Position numbers and translations under genes: made by a program. DNA of 62,969 bases, counting the filler, from Octopus bimaculoides (lineage: Eukaryota): the NCBI RefSeq assembly GCF_001194135.2. It is 6 parts of 6 records of this genome, joined end to end, with 100 filler letters (N's around TTAATTAATTAA, not from the genome) between each part and the next. Parts side by side here need not be neighbours in the genome. Positions count along the whole stretch, not along the records: positions 22,511 to 34,472 come from NC_068987.1; positions 34,573 to 49,084 come from NC_068996.1; 4 more parts are not named here. One strand, given 5' to 3'. This document shows positions 25,378 to 38,313 of this stretch, piece after piece (position 1 is the stretch's first letter; each line of letters starts with the position of its first letter). The notes under the pieces were generated by a model. It searched no databases, was not told the DNA's origin, and worked only from the letters and a program-made list of their open reading frames with translations.

Positions 25378-25800
25378 ATATAAAGATAATTTAAATATGG
25401 AGATATTCTATTGACAATCAAATTATTTATATTACAATATTACATTAAATACTATGAATATTATATATAACATAACATAATATTATATAAATAATTATAA
25501 AAACCATAAGAGGCCAACAAATAGTTTCGACTTGTATTTTTCTGGCATACATAATCATAGTTCCATTATATATATAGTCACTTCAGGATATTTAGTTCAG
25601 AAAAGATGCTCATAACACAGACATTTGAATTAATTTTTAACGATCCAGCCGTCATTTCACACGAAATTTCATCTTTTCTGAATCAAATACCCTGAAGAGA
25701 CTATATATATAATGGAACTGTGATTATGTAATATTGTCATATAAATAAATTATTTGACTGTCAATAGAATATCTCCATATTTGATTTCTCTTTATAATTG
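25378..25800. repeat. Fold-back element, ~130-bp arms; the left arm carries ~100 extra bp
   Basis: 25378-25445 mirrors ~25735-25800, and 25546-25610 mirrors ~25670-25735. Confidence 0.8.
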
Positions 25801-25959
25801 AATTATACCAATATTTATATGGTACCCAACTGAAGTACCAGTGAATTGGATGTTTAACACACGCCTTTGAAGGATTTCTTTTCCTCAGTTTGTTACTTTA
25901 TATATGTATATATATGTGTGTGTGTTTATTTGTGTGTATGTATATATATATATATATAA

Positions 25960-26200
25960 AATACACCATCTTGAGCGTGGCCGTTGCCAGTACCGCCTGA
26001 CTGGCCTTCGTGTGGGTGACATGTAAAAGCACCCACTACACTCTCTGAGTGGTTGGCGTTAGGAAGGGCATCCAGCCGTAGAAACTCTGCCAAATCAGAT
26101 TGGAGCCTGGTGTAGCCATCTGCTTTCACCAGTCCTCAGTCAAATCGTCCAACCCATGCTAGCATGGAAAGCAGACGTTAAACGACGATGATGATGATGA
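25960..26200 (+). mobile_element. RTE 3'-UTR tail copy ending in (GAT)n
   Basis: Near-identical to 22511-22670 and 33030-33190. Confidence 0.8.
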
Positions 26201-26343
26201 TTATGATATATATATGTATGTATGCATGTATATATATATATATATATATGTATGTGTATATATATATATATGTGTGTGTATGTACATATATGTATCCATA
26301 TATATGTATGTGTGTATATATATACATGTGTATATATATATAT

Positions 26344-26384
<41 letters not shown>

Positions 26385-26506
26385 TGTGCACCACCAGATG
26401 CTCCTGAACCACTAGAAGAATCGAAGTTAGATGTGTCGAAATAATTGCCATGGTTGATAATAAATTCTCGTATATTCTGTCTTCTGTCTTTCATTTGCTA
26501 TACTCG

Positions 26507-26551
<45 letters not shown>

Positions 26552-27254
26552 ATGTATGTATGTATATAAGTATGTATGTGTGTGTATATATACATGTATA
26601 TATATATATCTGTATATATATATATATGTATATATATAAATATCTATGTGTATGTATATATACATACATATATATATATATTATTTATATTGTTATATGA
26701 TTGAATGCCACGCATCCATTTCCGAGTGTATATCCATATACACGTACATATATATGTATAGAAATAATAGATTTCTAAATTTCTCAGAGAGGTTTATGTA
26801 GAAGTAACATGATAAAGTGGTGGTATGTTGTCAACTTAATGTGACGGTCCCCATGAAAGGGAATAATACTACTGCTATTTAGCCCTAGGAAGCACCGCTT
26901 CCTGTCAGCCTTGACACATTTCCTTCTTATGTTTACAAAGGGGGAGATAAGCACCTTGAGGTGCTTATCTCTCCTTTTGTAAACACAAGGACACCAGATA
27001 TGTATGTATGTGTATATATAGCTGAGTTTGTTAGTGTTTGTGTGTTGCATCTATAGAAATCCACACCTTACAAGATAGCAAGCTGAGTCGCACCAATGGA
27101 TTCCTCATGGTCGAAAATGCCCAGAATCGGTCATTTATTATTTTTTTTTATTGCTTCCTAAGACGTGAATTTTTGTATTAAAAATAATTTTAAACCATAA
27201 CTTATAACAATTTTAAAGTCGGAGCATGAGTTAAGTCCCCTTCTAGCGATGGTG

Positions 27255-27395
27255 ATCCTTCGCAAAAGATGACCTATTATTTTGTAAACAATGTTACGAA
27301 ACTGTTCAGGTTTACGCCGTTTCTCCAAATTTGCTGAATCCGTTGCTCTACTCATAGTGACATATAGCTGGTCGTGCGTGAACATGGGAGAGAGC
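27255..27395 (-). mobile_element. Helitron RepHel (Pif1 helicase) C-terminal fragment
   Basis: PMFTHDQLYVTMSRATDSANL..RNIVYKII, matching Pif1 motif VI (FxHGQLYVAxSR) and the KNIVYxE terminus. Confidence 0.7.
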
Positions 27396-27494
27396 AGAAG
27401 TTACCAGAACCAAAAATACTAAGTGTTCACTGTAGATACGATCCGTCACAAATGATCACCTAATATTTTGAAAACAATGTTATGCTTACTATAG

Positions 27495-27785
27495 CCTCAG
27501 ACTGACCAAAATCTTGTGAGTGGATTTTGTACTCGGAAACTGAAAGAAGACTGTCGTATATATGTGTATATTTGTGTATGTGTGTGTCTGTGTCTTGTGT
27601 TTGTACCCCCACCATTCCTTGACAACTGATGTTGCTTTGTTTACATTCCTGTAACTTAGCGGTTTCGTAAAAGACACTGACAGAATGAGTACTAGGCTTA
27701 CAAAGAATAAATCCTGTGGTTGATTTCTTCGACCAACGACGGTGCTCCACCATGGCCGCAGTCACATGACTGAAACAAGTAAAGC
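27495..27785 (+). mobile_element. SINE family A, 5'-truncated, with a short (~45 bp) internal microsatellite
   Basis: Both modules are present and gap-free. Confidence 0.8.
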
Positions 27786-27799
27786 AATAAAAATCTATG

Positions 27800-27837
27800 C
27801 CATTTTAATCCCGAGCAAGGCCGGGTATCTCTGCTAG
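27800..27837 (+). mobile_element. Helitron 3' terminus
   Basis: Hairpin CCCG-agcaaggc-CGGG, 8-nt spacer, then CTAG|T. Confidence 0.65.
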
Positions 27838-27964
27838 TATGTATATATATCCATATACATATGTAAATATCTATGCGCATATATATATATATATATATAT
27901 GTATACACATACATACATGTATATACGATGGTTGTCTACTCCTTATGCAGAGTTTGACCACCTC

Positions 27965-30190
27965 CTGTACCTACTCCTTAGCACCATCATGGCATCTTAT
28001 GTGGCTTTTTAAACCAGACAATGTTCTGAAAAGGCACCCACATAGATTGCACCTCTGATTTGGACCATCAAGACCTGCATATAAGTTCTGCTCTTTGTGG
28101 ATCTTAAAATGTCTTTTGAGGCCTCCATTGGACTTGCGAACCTTCTGGCATACACTGCATTCAAAGGTGTGCACAGACATTTAGGCAGAATAGTTGGTGG
28201 AGGTTCATTTTCCATGCATTCAGAGATGAGATTTGAGACCAGCAAAAGACAGACATGGTCTGTCACTGACTACACACAAAAAGGTTATTGTCATTCACCT
28301 TCTCGGTCGTTACATTCTTCCTTAGATCTCTTTTGAGTCTCACGTGCATTATTCTGGCCTCTTCAAATGCTTTCACCCCATTCCACACCTTTGTTTGCCT
28401 TCCAACTCGACCCAAAGCCAGGGTTTCTATATCTTCTGGAACCATTCCAAGTGACTTCATAGTTGTCCTTATGCCATCCTTAAACTTTATTTTAGGTTTA
28501 CATCGATAGTATTTCCCCTCTGCTAGCTCACAATTAAACAGCTGTTTCGTCATGCATTCATCTGCCGTTCAAATAATATGGCCACACCATCTCAGTTGGT
28601 TCCTCAGAATCATAGCTTTAATTGAGGTGATGCCTGCAGATGCAAGAACATCTGTGTTTGGAGTAAAAGAACTCCGTTTAATTTTTAAACTGTGATGAAG
28701 GCATTTTTGGTGGAATTGTTCTAACAATTTAAAATGCTTTTCATAACAAGTCCAAGTTTCACAGGAATACAACAGGGATGGTAAAACAAATGATTTGTAA
28801 AGAGCCAGCTTTGTATTCTTATTTATATGTCGCTGGCACCAAACGCATGACTCCAAGCCACCAAATGCTTTTGCTGCCCTTTGAATTTGCAGCTGTATTT
28901 CTGTATCAGGATTTCCATCATTTTGAACAGAGCTTCTAAAATAGACAAACAAATTGACTACCTCAAGTAACTTTCCCTTAACAAAAATTTTAGGGGTATG
29001 TTAGAAATAGTACCACATGCAGGTTGATGCATGTGTTTTTTTCAAGTTGATGGTCAAGCCAAAATCATCACAAGCTGAGTCAAATGCAGATACAAGAGAT
29101 TGCAGACCTGTTTCAGAATGACTGACAAGATTGCAATTGTCAGCGTACAAAAGTTCCCTAATGAGTGAAGTAAAACCTTCCTTTTGAATTTCAGTCTGGT
29201 CAGATTAAAAACATTCCCTGTTCAATATTTTATGTAAATATCCTCCTCAGAGTTTTGAAAAGCATGTGACAGCACAACAGCAAAGTATATTGCAAAGAGG
29301 GTGGGTGCATCAAGGTTTCCTTGCTTTACCCCATTTTCCACAGCAAAAGATTCAGAGAGCCTACCACCAAAATTAACTCTAGCTCTCATATCTTGATGCA
29401 AAGCCCTAACCATGTCTACAAATTTTTCTGGGCAACCTACTTTCCTTAGAATTAGCCACAGAGCATTTCGATTAACAGTATCGAATGCGTTGCTGTAATC
29501 AACAAAGCAGTGGTATAGAGCAAGATTCTGTTCAATGCACTTCTCTTGTAATTGTCTGACAGTAAAGAGACAATCATCTGTGCCCCTGGAGGAACGAAAA
29601 CCACACTGAGACTCAGACACTTTATTTGGAGCTATAAAGGTATTTAAACATTCTAACAAAATGCGGACAAGTACCTTTCCAACCACAGACAAAAGTGAAA
29701 TTCCACGAAGATTACCACACAGATCCTTTGGCCCCAATTTATACAAGGAGACTAAAATAGCATCAATCCAGTCTTGAGACACTTTCTCAGTTCTCCAACA
29801 GTGACAAATTAATATATTTAAGAGTTCAAACATTTTGTCACCCCCATATTTCATGATTTCTGCACAGATTCCATCAGACCCTGGAGACTTATCGTTATTC
29901 AGCTTATTCACAGCTACATAAATGTCATTTAGAGTTGGTTCAAATGCCATCTCTTCTATAACTGGAAGGTGTTCAATTTTTTGTATTGTCCTCATGTCAA
30001 CGGATGATGGTCTATTCAAAAGTGCAGGAAAATATTCTACCCAATGCTTATGAATAGAAGCGGTGTCAGTCAGAAGAAAACATCCATTTGCTGTTCTCAC
30101 TGGAGCTATTGAAGATTTGGGGCCATGTACCTCCTTAACATAAGAGTACAAAACCTTGGCATCATTTCTATCAGCTGTAATTTTGGTTCA
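27965..30190 (-). mobile_element. RTE-BovB-like LINE, 5'-truncated, RT plus three C2H2 fingers, with stops and frameshifts
   Basis: KSPGSDGI, RGISLLSVVGK, ESQCGFR, RQLQEKC..FVD..AFDTVNR, GVKQG, LLYAD-like motif, and C-terminal CxxC..H..H repeats. Confidence 0.9.
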
Positions 30191-30649
30191 AATTGAAAGT
30201 GTGAAACTATTTTCATTTTGTAATGAAACCTGGTCGTTGTAGAGAAGTGTATTTGAAATAACTATAGCTGGTTGTTGAGATAATGTAGAAAATATGTAAA
30301 TGAAAATAAAGTTTATTTGACATGTGTAACTGATTTGATTGTTCTGGAAGGCAGTAAGCTGGCAGAATTGTTAGCATGCTAAGCAAAATGCTTGAGCAGT
30401 ATTTCGCCTGTCTTTATGTTCTGAGTTCAAATGCCGCCGGGGTCAACTTTGCCTTTCATCCTTTCAGGGTTGATGTAATCACCTGGTCCCCTCTCCTGAA
30501 ATTTCATGCCTTGTGTCTATAGTAGAAAGGATTTGATTGTTCTGGTCTTAACATCAGCTTGTAAGAATAGAAGTCATTTGACGACACCCTACTGTTTGTA
30601 ATTAGCTATCCTGTTGCAGGTTCAATCCGAGAAATATTGAAATAACACC

Positions 30650-33190
30650 CAAGGGAGTAACAGAGAAGAAGTTTGCCAATGTTCAGCAACATGAGGACCA
30701 AAGAACTGAAGTATTTTAGATTGCAAGACAGTGTATGAAAGAAAACCATGATGTCATAGGAGAGAAATATGTCCGCATGGATGATGGTGCCCTTGCGTTT
30801 AATGATTCTGCAAAGAAAGAGGCTTGGAGAAGCCATTCTGAAAAACTGCTGAATGTGGAGAATGAATGGGAGGAGGAGAGTCTTCCAAAGGTTGACCCAA
30901 CTGAGGGACCAGCTATCCAAATCAACAGTACCCAGGTAAATAAAGCAATTAAGGATATGAAGACGGAAAGCACCTGGTCCATTAGGAATGGCCACTGGGA
31001 TGCTTAAGATATTGGGCGGTGTAGGTTATGGTCTTGCCACCCATATTGTAAATCAGGTAGTTCACGAAGGAGTCATACCCAATGACTGGTGTAGCAGCAC
31101 CATAGTCAACTGCTACAAGAGGAAAGGTGATGCTTTAGATAGAAATAACTACAGGGGTATTATTGGATCAGGTGATGAAAGTTACAGAGGGTCATAGCCC
31201 AACTAATTAGGGAGAGAGTTAGTCTAGACGAGATGCAGTTAGGTTTTGTGCCAGGGAGAAGCACCACTGATGCTATATTTCTGGTAAGGCAGCTGTAGGA
31301 GAAATGCATAGCCAAAGATAAACCTCTGTACCTGGCTTCTGTTGACTTGGAGAAAGCCTTTAACAGGGTCCCCCAATCCCTTATCTGGTGGTCAATGAGG
31401 AAACTGGGAATAGACGAATGGCTGGTAAGAGCTGTATGAGCCCTGTACACAGTAAGGTGAGGGCTGGCAATGAGTATAGTGAAGAATTCCAAGTAGAAGT
31501 AGGGTTTCACCAAGGATTAGTCCTCAGCCCTCTCTTATTCATTATAGTCCTCCAGGCAATAACAGAAATTCCAGACAGGCTGCCCCTGGGAGCTCCTCTA
31601 TGCTGATGACCTTGCTCTAATAGCTGAGTCACTGCCAGAACTGGAAACGAGGTTTAGGATATACAATCAAGGTCTAGAATTGAAGGGCCTTAGGGTTAAC
31701 CTAGCAAAAACCTAAGTCTTAGTAAGTAGGAAGGCTGTCAAATCACAACCCCCTTCAGGTAGATGGCCCTGCTCGATTTGTAGAAAAGGTGTGGGTAGAA
31801 ACTCCATTCCATGTATCTGGTGTAAGCTATGGACACAAATGGTGCACCAGTATTAAAAGAAGGTTAACCTAACAAGTAGTTTTTGTGTGTGCAGATGCAC
31901 CAGGGCAATAAACACTGAAGATGCTCAGAAAACAGATTCCATCACATGCCAGGGGGAGAAACTAGGAGCAGTTAATAGCTTCTGCTACTTAGGCAAGCAA
32001 GTCTGTAGTGGGGGTGGCTGCTCTGAGAGTGTAGCGACTAGAGTAAGAATAGCATGGGCAAAGTTCAAGGAGCTCCTATCTCTGCTGGCAACTAACGGTC
32101 TATCACTCAGGGTGAAAGGTAGACTGTATGATGCATGTGTATGAACTGCCATGCTACATGGCAGTGAAACATGAATGTTGAGGACATGTGTAGGCTTGAA
32201 AGAAATGACGCTAGTATGATCCACTGGATGTGTAATGTTAGTGTTCATATACGACAGAGTGTAAGCGCCCTGAGAGAAAAGTTGTGCATAAGAAGCATCA
32301 AATGTGGTGTGCAAGAGAAGCATCTGCGCTGGTATGGTCATGTGTTATATATGAATGAAGACAGCTGTGTGAGGAAGTGCCACTCCCTAACTGTAGAAGG
32401 AACCTGTGGAAGAGGTAGACCCAGGAAGACATGGGATGAGGTGGTGAAGCATGACCTTCGAACATTGGACTTCACAGAGGCAATGACAGGAGACCGGGAC
32501 TTTTGGAGATATGCTGTAATTGAGAAGACCCGGTAACTAAAGTGAGATCGCAGCCACACATGTCCGGCCCTGTTAAGAATACCCCTGATGCATCAGGCGA
32601 TATGATATGCTTGAGAAGAGCTGTTGAGTCAAATAAAACCAATATCGTAGCTGTGGCCAGTGCCCCAATTGGCTCCCGTGCTGATGGTACGTATAAAGCA
32701 TCAGCTTACAGACATGGAGCTTATAAAAGACCTATGAAATGTGATCTTTGCCTTTCAGAGGAGTACTTTATCCTGTTCCAGGATAAAAACGCTTTGAACC
32801 AGAGACATGAGCTCTTAAATTACTGCAGGCATGCAACGAAATTTAAAATGTCAACCGACAATATACTGTATGAGTAATATGTTTTGACTTTCAATATATT
32901 TTTGACGAAAAAGCACCATCCGAACGTGGCTGATGCGAGCACCGCCTTGACTGGCTTCCGTGCTGGTGCCACGTAAAAAGAAACAACCTGTCATGGCTGT
33001 TGCGAGCCTCCTTTGGCCCCTGTGCCAGTGGCACGTAAAAAGCACCCACTACACTCACGGAGTAGTTGGCGTTAGGAAGGGCATCTAGCTGTAGAAACAC
33101 TGCCAGATCAGACTGGAGCCTGGTGCAGCCTCCTGGCTTCCCAGACCCCATGCTAGCATGGAAACAGATGTTAAACGATGATGATGATGA
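30650..33190 (+). mobile_element. RTE LINE (PHD-in-RT family), 5'-truncated, with modular 3' UTR and (GAT)n tail
   Basis: NYRGI, VDLEKAFNRVP, HQGLVLSPLLF, LLYADDLALIAE, WPCSICRKG, LRWYGHV..GRGRPRKTW. Many disruptions. Confidence 0.9.
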
Positions 33191-33744
33191 TGTTGCCTTT
33201 GAATTTGTCTTTACAGTGTATGGTTATTTTGCATTGCAACAATGTTGAATATATTTCAACGTATTCTTTAAGAAAGCCTTTGACTGTTTTACAAATTTAA
33301 TTTTAAGCTTAAACTTTGCTGAGGTTCATTTTTATTTTATTTTATTTTATTTTACACACCTATTTAATTATGCTGCATCAAATTTATATATAATTTCATT
33401 ATTTTATTTATTTATTTTTTACATTTTAACTTTAATTTTATACACACTGTGCAGCTTTTTTAAAATTTCAAATATGCATTATGATGTAGATATGTCCCTA
33501 TATATTTATATTTATATGTATGCATGTATTGTAGGTATGTACATGTATGTGTGCGTACATGTGCATGTGTGTATGTAAGTATACGTGTATGTATATATAC
33601 ATCTATATGCGCATACGCACATAGATGTATATGTATACGTGTATATACTTATATTTATGTGAGCATATATTTGCATACATATTTTTGTATATTTGTATAC
33701 GTACTCATATATGTGTATTTGTATGTATATCTATGCTGTGTGGA

Positions 33745-34131
33745 GGCGCAATGGCCCAGTATTTAGGGCAGCGGACTTGCAGTCATAGGATCGCGGTTTT
33801 ATTCCCAGACCGGGCGTTGTGAGTGTTTATTGAGCGAAAACACCTAAATCTCCACGAGGCTCCGGCAGGGGATGGTGGTGAACCCTGCTGTACTCTTTCA
33901 CCACAATTTTCTCTCACTCTTACTTCCTGTTTCTGTTGTGCCTGTAATTCAAAAAGCCAGCCTTGTCAATCTGTGTCACGCTGAATATCCCCGAGAACTA
34001 CGTTAAGGGTACACGTGTCTGTGGAGTGCTCAGCCACTTGCACGTTAATTCCATGAGCAGGCTGTTCCGTTGATCGGATCTACTGGAACCCTTGACGTCG
34101 TAAGCGACGGAGTGCCAACAACAACAACAAC
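33745..34131 (+). mobile_element. SINE family B, full length, (CAA)n tail
   Basis: tRNA-like head, body shared with 1187-1450 and 7240-7860, ending 'gacggagtgccaacaacaacaac'. Head-only copy at 25233-25318 (-). Confidence 0.85.
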
Positions 34132-34472
34132 TATGCTAATGTATATATATATGTAATTTTATGTGTGCGTTCGTTGCACAAACCGTGGTGTTATGGGCTG
34201 TGACGAGCTATGTGTTGAGGTGGAGAGGGGTGAGGCAAACAGAGGTGAAGCCAGACCAGAAGGGCCAAACCGAAAGGGTCAGATCGGAAGTCGGCGACAC
34301 GCGGTCGAAGGCTAGCATGTGGAGCCAGTGAGAAAACAGCGACGTTACGAGAAAGACGTGTTCTGATTAGGAGCGATCGTGTACCCCGCTGCGGTCGGCA
34401 AGGTAAGGTCCAACGCTTCATTCTGTCCTTTTGCTTCTTGTTGTCTTCTTCCTCCATCGCACCACACAAACT

Positions 34473-34572
34473 NNNNNNNNNNNNNNNNNNNNNNNNNNNN
34501 NNNNNNNNNNNNNNNNTTAATTAATTAANNNNNNNNNNNNNNNNNNNNNNNNNNNNNNNNNNNNNNNNNNNN
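34473..34572. other. Artificial scaffold linker N44-TTAATTAATTAA-N44
   Basis: Identical to the other four. Confidence 0.95.
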
Positions 34573-35310
34573 CCACTTATGCGTACCTTCCTTCCTTCAT
34601 TGGACACTAAATTCCACTTGTGAAGACCTGTTGAGGCAAGTGAAATAGAAATAGATCGTTGCCGTGCCCCTGAACTGGCTATTGTGCAGGGCCGTCGTAG
34701 GATTTTCGAGCGAGATCGTTGCCAGTGCTCCTGGACTGGCCCATGTGCGGATAAATGCCTTGATGCAGTACTAATCAGTAGCTCTTGTGGTTTCTGATCT
34801 AAATTGATTGGAAGTGTTATCATGCACATTGTTTTGTCTTGGTATAAAAGATGGGCTACAGCAAATATTCTGCTCAATACCACAGATTTTCTTGTCAGTT
34901 GTTTGACTTTAACAAGTTGAGCCTGTCTCTTAGTGGTTGATGATATGTGCATCTCTGATCACGAGCAGAAGTAGTGGGAGAACATCATAACCATGTGTTG
35001 AGAGGAATTCTTTGGGGTTTGGATAATTCACCTTTGGAAACATGGGTGTTTTGTTCAACATCTTTAAACAACCCTTATTCAGGGACCTTTTGAGCGGGAT
35101 GGACTACTCGACCTGAAGAAAATTCTAACTGGGACCCACCTGCGAGGTCATGTGTTGTTAATCTTGATATGAGATCATCATGTCGCGCACATATGGTTGT
35201 GATGCATGTGCCTGGTGTACCCTTATCAGACAGGTAGTCATGATGGGTATGCAGGGCTTCGTATATTTTACCCCAGTGTCACTTTGATGGCATGCACTGC
35301 TCTCTCATTC
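34573..35310. repeat. Unclassified interspersed repeat, probably related to the RTE 3' UTR
   Basis: The module 'gttgccagtgctcctggactggc' resembles the RTE UTR modules at 24150-24180. No coding signal. Confidence 0.4.
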
Positions 35311-35758
35311 NNNNNNNNNNNNNNNNNNNNNNNNNNNNNNNNNNNNNNNNNNNNNNNNNNNNNNNNNNNNNNNNNNNNNNNNNNNNNNNNNNNNNNNNNN
35401 NNNNNNNNNNNNNNNNNNNNNNNNNNNNNNNNNNNNNNNNNNNNNNNNNNNNNNNNNNNNNNNNNNNNNNNNNNNNNNNNNNNNNNNNNNNNNNNNNNNN
35501 NNNNNNNNNNNNNNNNNNNNNNNNNNNNNNNNNNNNNNNNNNNNNNNNNNNNNNNNNNNNNNNNNNNNNNNNNNNNNNNNNNNNNNNNNNNNNNNNNNNN
35601 NNNNNNNNNNNNNNNNNNNNNNNNNNNNNNNNNNNNNNNNNNNNNNNNNNNNNNNNNNNNNNNNNNNNNNNNNNNNNNNNNNNNNNNNNNNNNNNNNNNN
35701 NNNNNNNNNNNNNNNNNNNNNNNNNNNNNNNNNNNNNNNNNNNNNNNNNNNNNNNNNN

Positions 35759-35900
35759 GAACAAGAAGAACAAGAAGAAGAAGAAGAAGAACAAGAAGAA
35801 GAAGAAGAAGAAGAAGAAGAAGAAGAAGAAGAAGAAGAAGAAGAAGAAGAAGAAGAAGAAGAAGGATGATGATGATGATGATGATGATAATAATAACAAT
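35759..35900. repeat. (GAA)n(GAT)n(AAT)n compound microsatellite
   Basis: Direct reading. Confidence 0.95.
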
Positions 35901-36260
35901 CGACCCATCATGCCTGTTTGATTCCAGGATCGAAAAGAAAGAGGACGAAAAACAAAAAGTACTTTCCCTTAAAATATGAAATACGAAGAATGTGGAGTAT
36001 GATAAGTGTCAAGGTCATACCTATAATAGTTGGTGCGTTGGGAAGAGTAAGCCAAGATATAGACAAATGTCAGAAGATTTGATTAGAATGCCCTGTACGG
36101 CTCCTACAGAAAGTTTGTCTCTTAGGGACAGCCAGGGTTATCAGGAAGGTTCTAAGTACTTGAAAAAACTATTAAAACTTTGTGGATACATAAGGTTACA
36201 GGTAGTAACCCCCTACCAACATAAATCCTACCAGGAATAAGACCGAACCTGAGTCAAACC

Positions 36261-36262
<2 letters not shown>
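35895..36262 (+). mobile_element. R4/Dong LINE 3' end
   Basis: CLFDSRIEKKEDEK..KYEIRRMW..VIPIIVGALG..LQKVCLLGTARVIRKVL*. Flanked by (AAT)n and (GTA)n. Confidence 0.8.
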
Positions 36263-36321
<59 letters not shown>

Positions 36322-37049
36322 AAATTTTAATCCTATATTAATCACATATGTATCCGTTTATATCTATACGAACCCTCTATATACATGCACATTGCTGTTT
36401 CTTTTTCGGTCTCTCGCTTATACATCAATAATAATTATAAATATGAAAGAAACATCAACACATGTCCATGGGCGGTGTTCTGCCAAAAAATAAACGCTGT
36501 AAAGACGGGTCCTTAACAAAACCGACCAAAAAAAAGAACGCTGGGCAGATAGTCATGAATACTATGAAGTGGCTTATTTATGATTTACACACACTATGCA
36601 ACAATCCTCCCAAAACATACGGGAATAAACTCATACAGTAAATACCCAAGAAATTGAACAGAGCCCACAGCATGTCATAAAAGTCCAATATCCGATACAA
36701 GAACACAACCTGCACTGCACAAACAATACACAATGCAAGAAATTAATACAACAAAAGACACAAACAAAACCCCATAACAAAACGTACTGACGCAATACAA
36801 TATTCCTCCCCCCACCAAGAAATTAAAATGAAACACACACCTCACCAGCACAATGTGCACTAAGTGATACAATAGAAAGTTACTTGAAACTATCAAATGT
36901 CGAAAAATAATGGTGACAAACGTTACCTTACATCAGTTTGAGAGACAGGTGTTTGTCAAGGAACACTGATTGTAACAACGAAAATGAGATTGGCCTTTAA
37001 GAGGCCTCTTGTTCGGCAATGGTTCAGTAAAGATGCAGACTGACCACAG

Positions 37050-38263
37050 CTGTTATCTTAAGACAACATCAGCAGATTATAGAGTGAGGAGGAAGTGGAC
37101 CAGGGAAGAAAACAGGATAGTGATGCAATGCCACTTAGAAAGTGAACCTAAAAGGCCTACAGAAAACGGTTGTTAACGCTTTGGGTAGAGAAGGGTATGT
37201 TTAAAGTCGCTGAGCAAAGACTAGTAGATCAAGCTAATGCTATTAGGAAAAGAACTGGATGATAGAATTGGAGGTAGAAGAGATCACAACTGGAAAAGAA
37301 AGACTAGGCAATAGGAAAGACAAGCATCAACATGAGAGATACAGCTCAAACCAAAGAAGAAACTAAAGAGAAAATAATAATAAGGAAGGGACAACTGGCA
37401 CCAGCGATTTGAGTGATTTAAGTGAGGAAGATCTGAAGATTTTAGATGAGTTGCAGGAAATAATGGGTAAAGAAGTAAGAAAAATATTGCCGGCATTAAA
37501 AGGAATTAACAGAAGGAAACTGCTAGATATAACTAGGAAAGTAAATTCGGTTATCAGTAGGATAGATAATAAAAATATTGGAGACACTAACTTGTTGATC
37601 TATGCAGGAGGGGTAGTAATTATTAGAAGATTTGATATTCTACAAGGAAAGATTAGAAAGAAGTAAATGTGGAAAAGGTGATTATAAAATAGTAAAAGCT
37701 TGGAAACTGGACAAGTTAGGAAACACAAGATTCAAATCTCTTCCTGAGAAACGATATTTATTCAAAGAGAAAGGATTTGGGACAGTAACAGAAGAGTTGA
37801 AAAAACGTATTATTGCAATAGCAAGTAAGCTTTCCAGATATCAGAAAAGAATAAGCCAGTACCAACAAAACAGATAATGTCAGACAGACCAGTGGAGATT
37901 TTATAACCAAATAGTAGAGAAAAAAGTACTGAAGATGAGAAATCTATGCAGAAGAAGCTAGAAAGTTCTGAAGTAATATTTGGGAAGAAGAAGAAGAAGA
38001 CGACATAAAGAAAAGGAATGCCTCCGAAGAGTTCTGAGGTCAAAAGTGAATAGAAGTAAGTTTCGAGCAATCAGTACATGGATGATTGCATTGATGAGAT
38101 ATGGTGTAAGTATTATTAATTGGAGGAAGGAAGAGTTAGAGATGCTAGACCGAAAATCGAGGAAATTACTCACAATACATGGAGCATTCAACCCCAAGAG
38201 TGATATTGACAGGCTATATCTAAGCAGGCACAAAGGTGGGTGAAGGCTAAACAGCTGTAAAAG

Positions 38264-38313
<50 letters not shown>

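Noticed and set aside
35759-35900. Poly-Lys/Arg/Phe ORFs
   Set aside because: Translation of (GAA)n.
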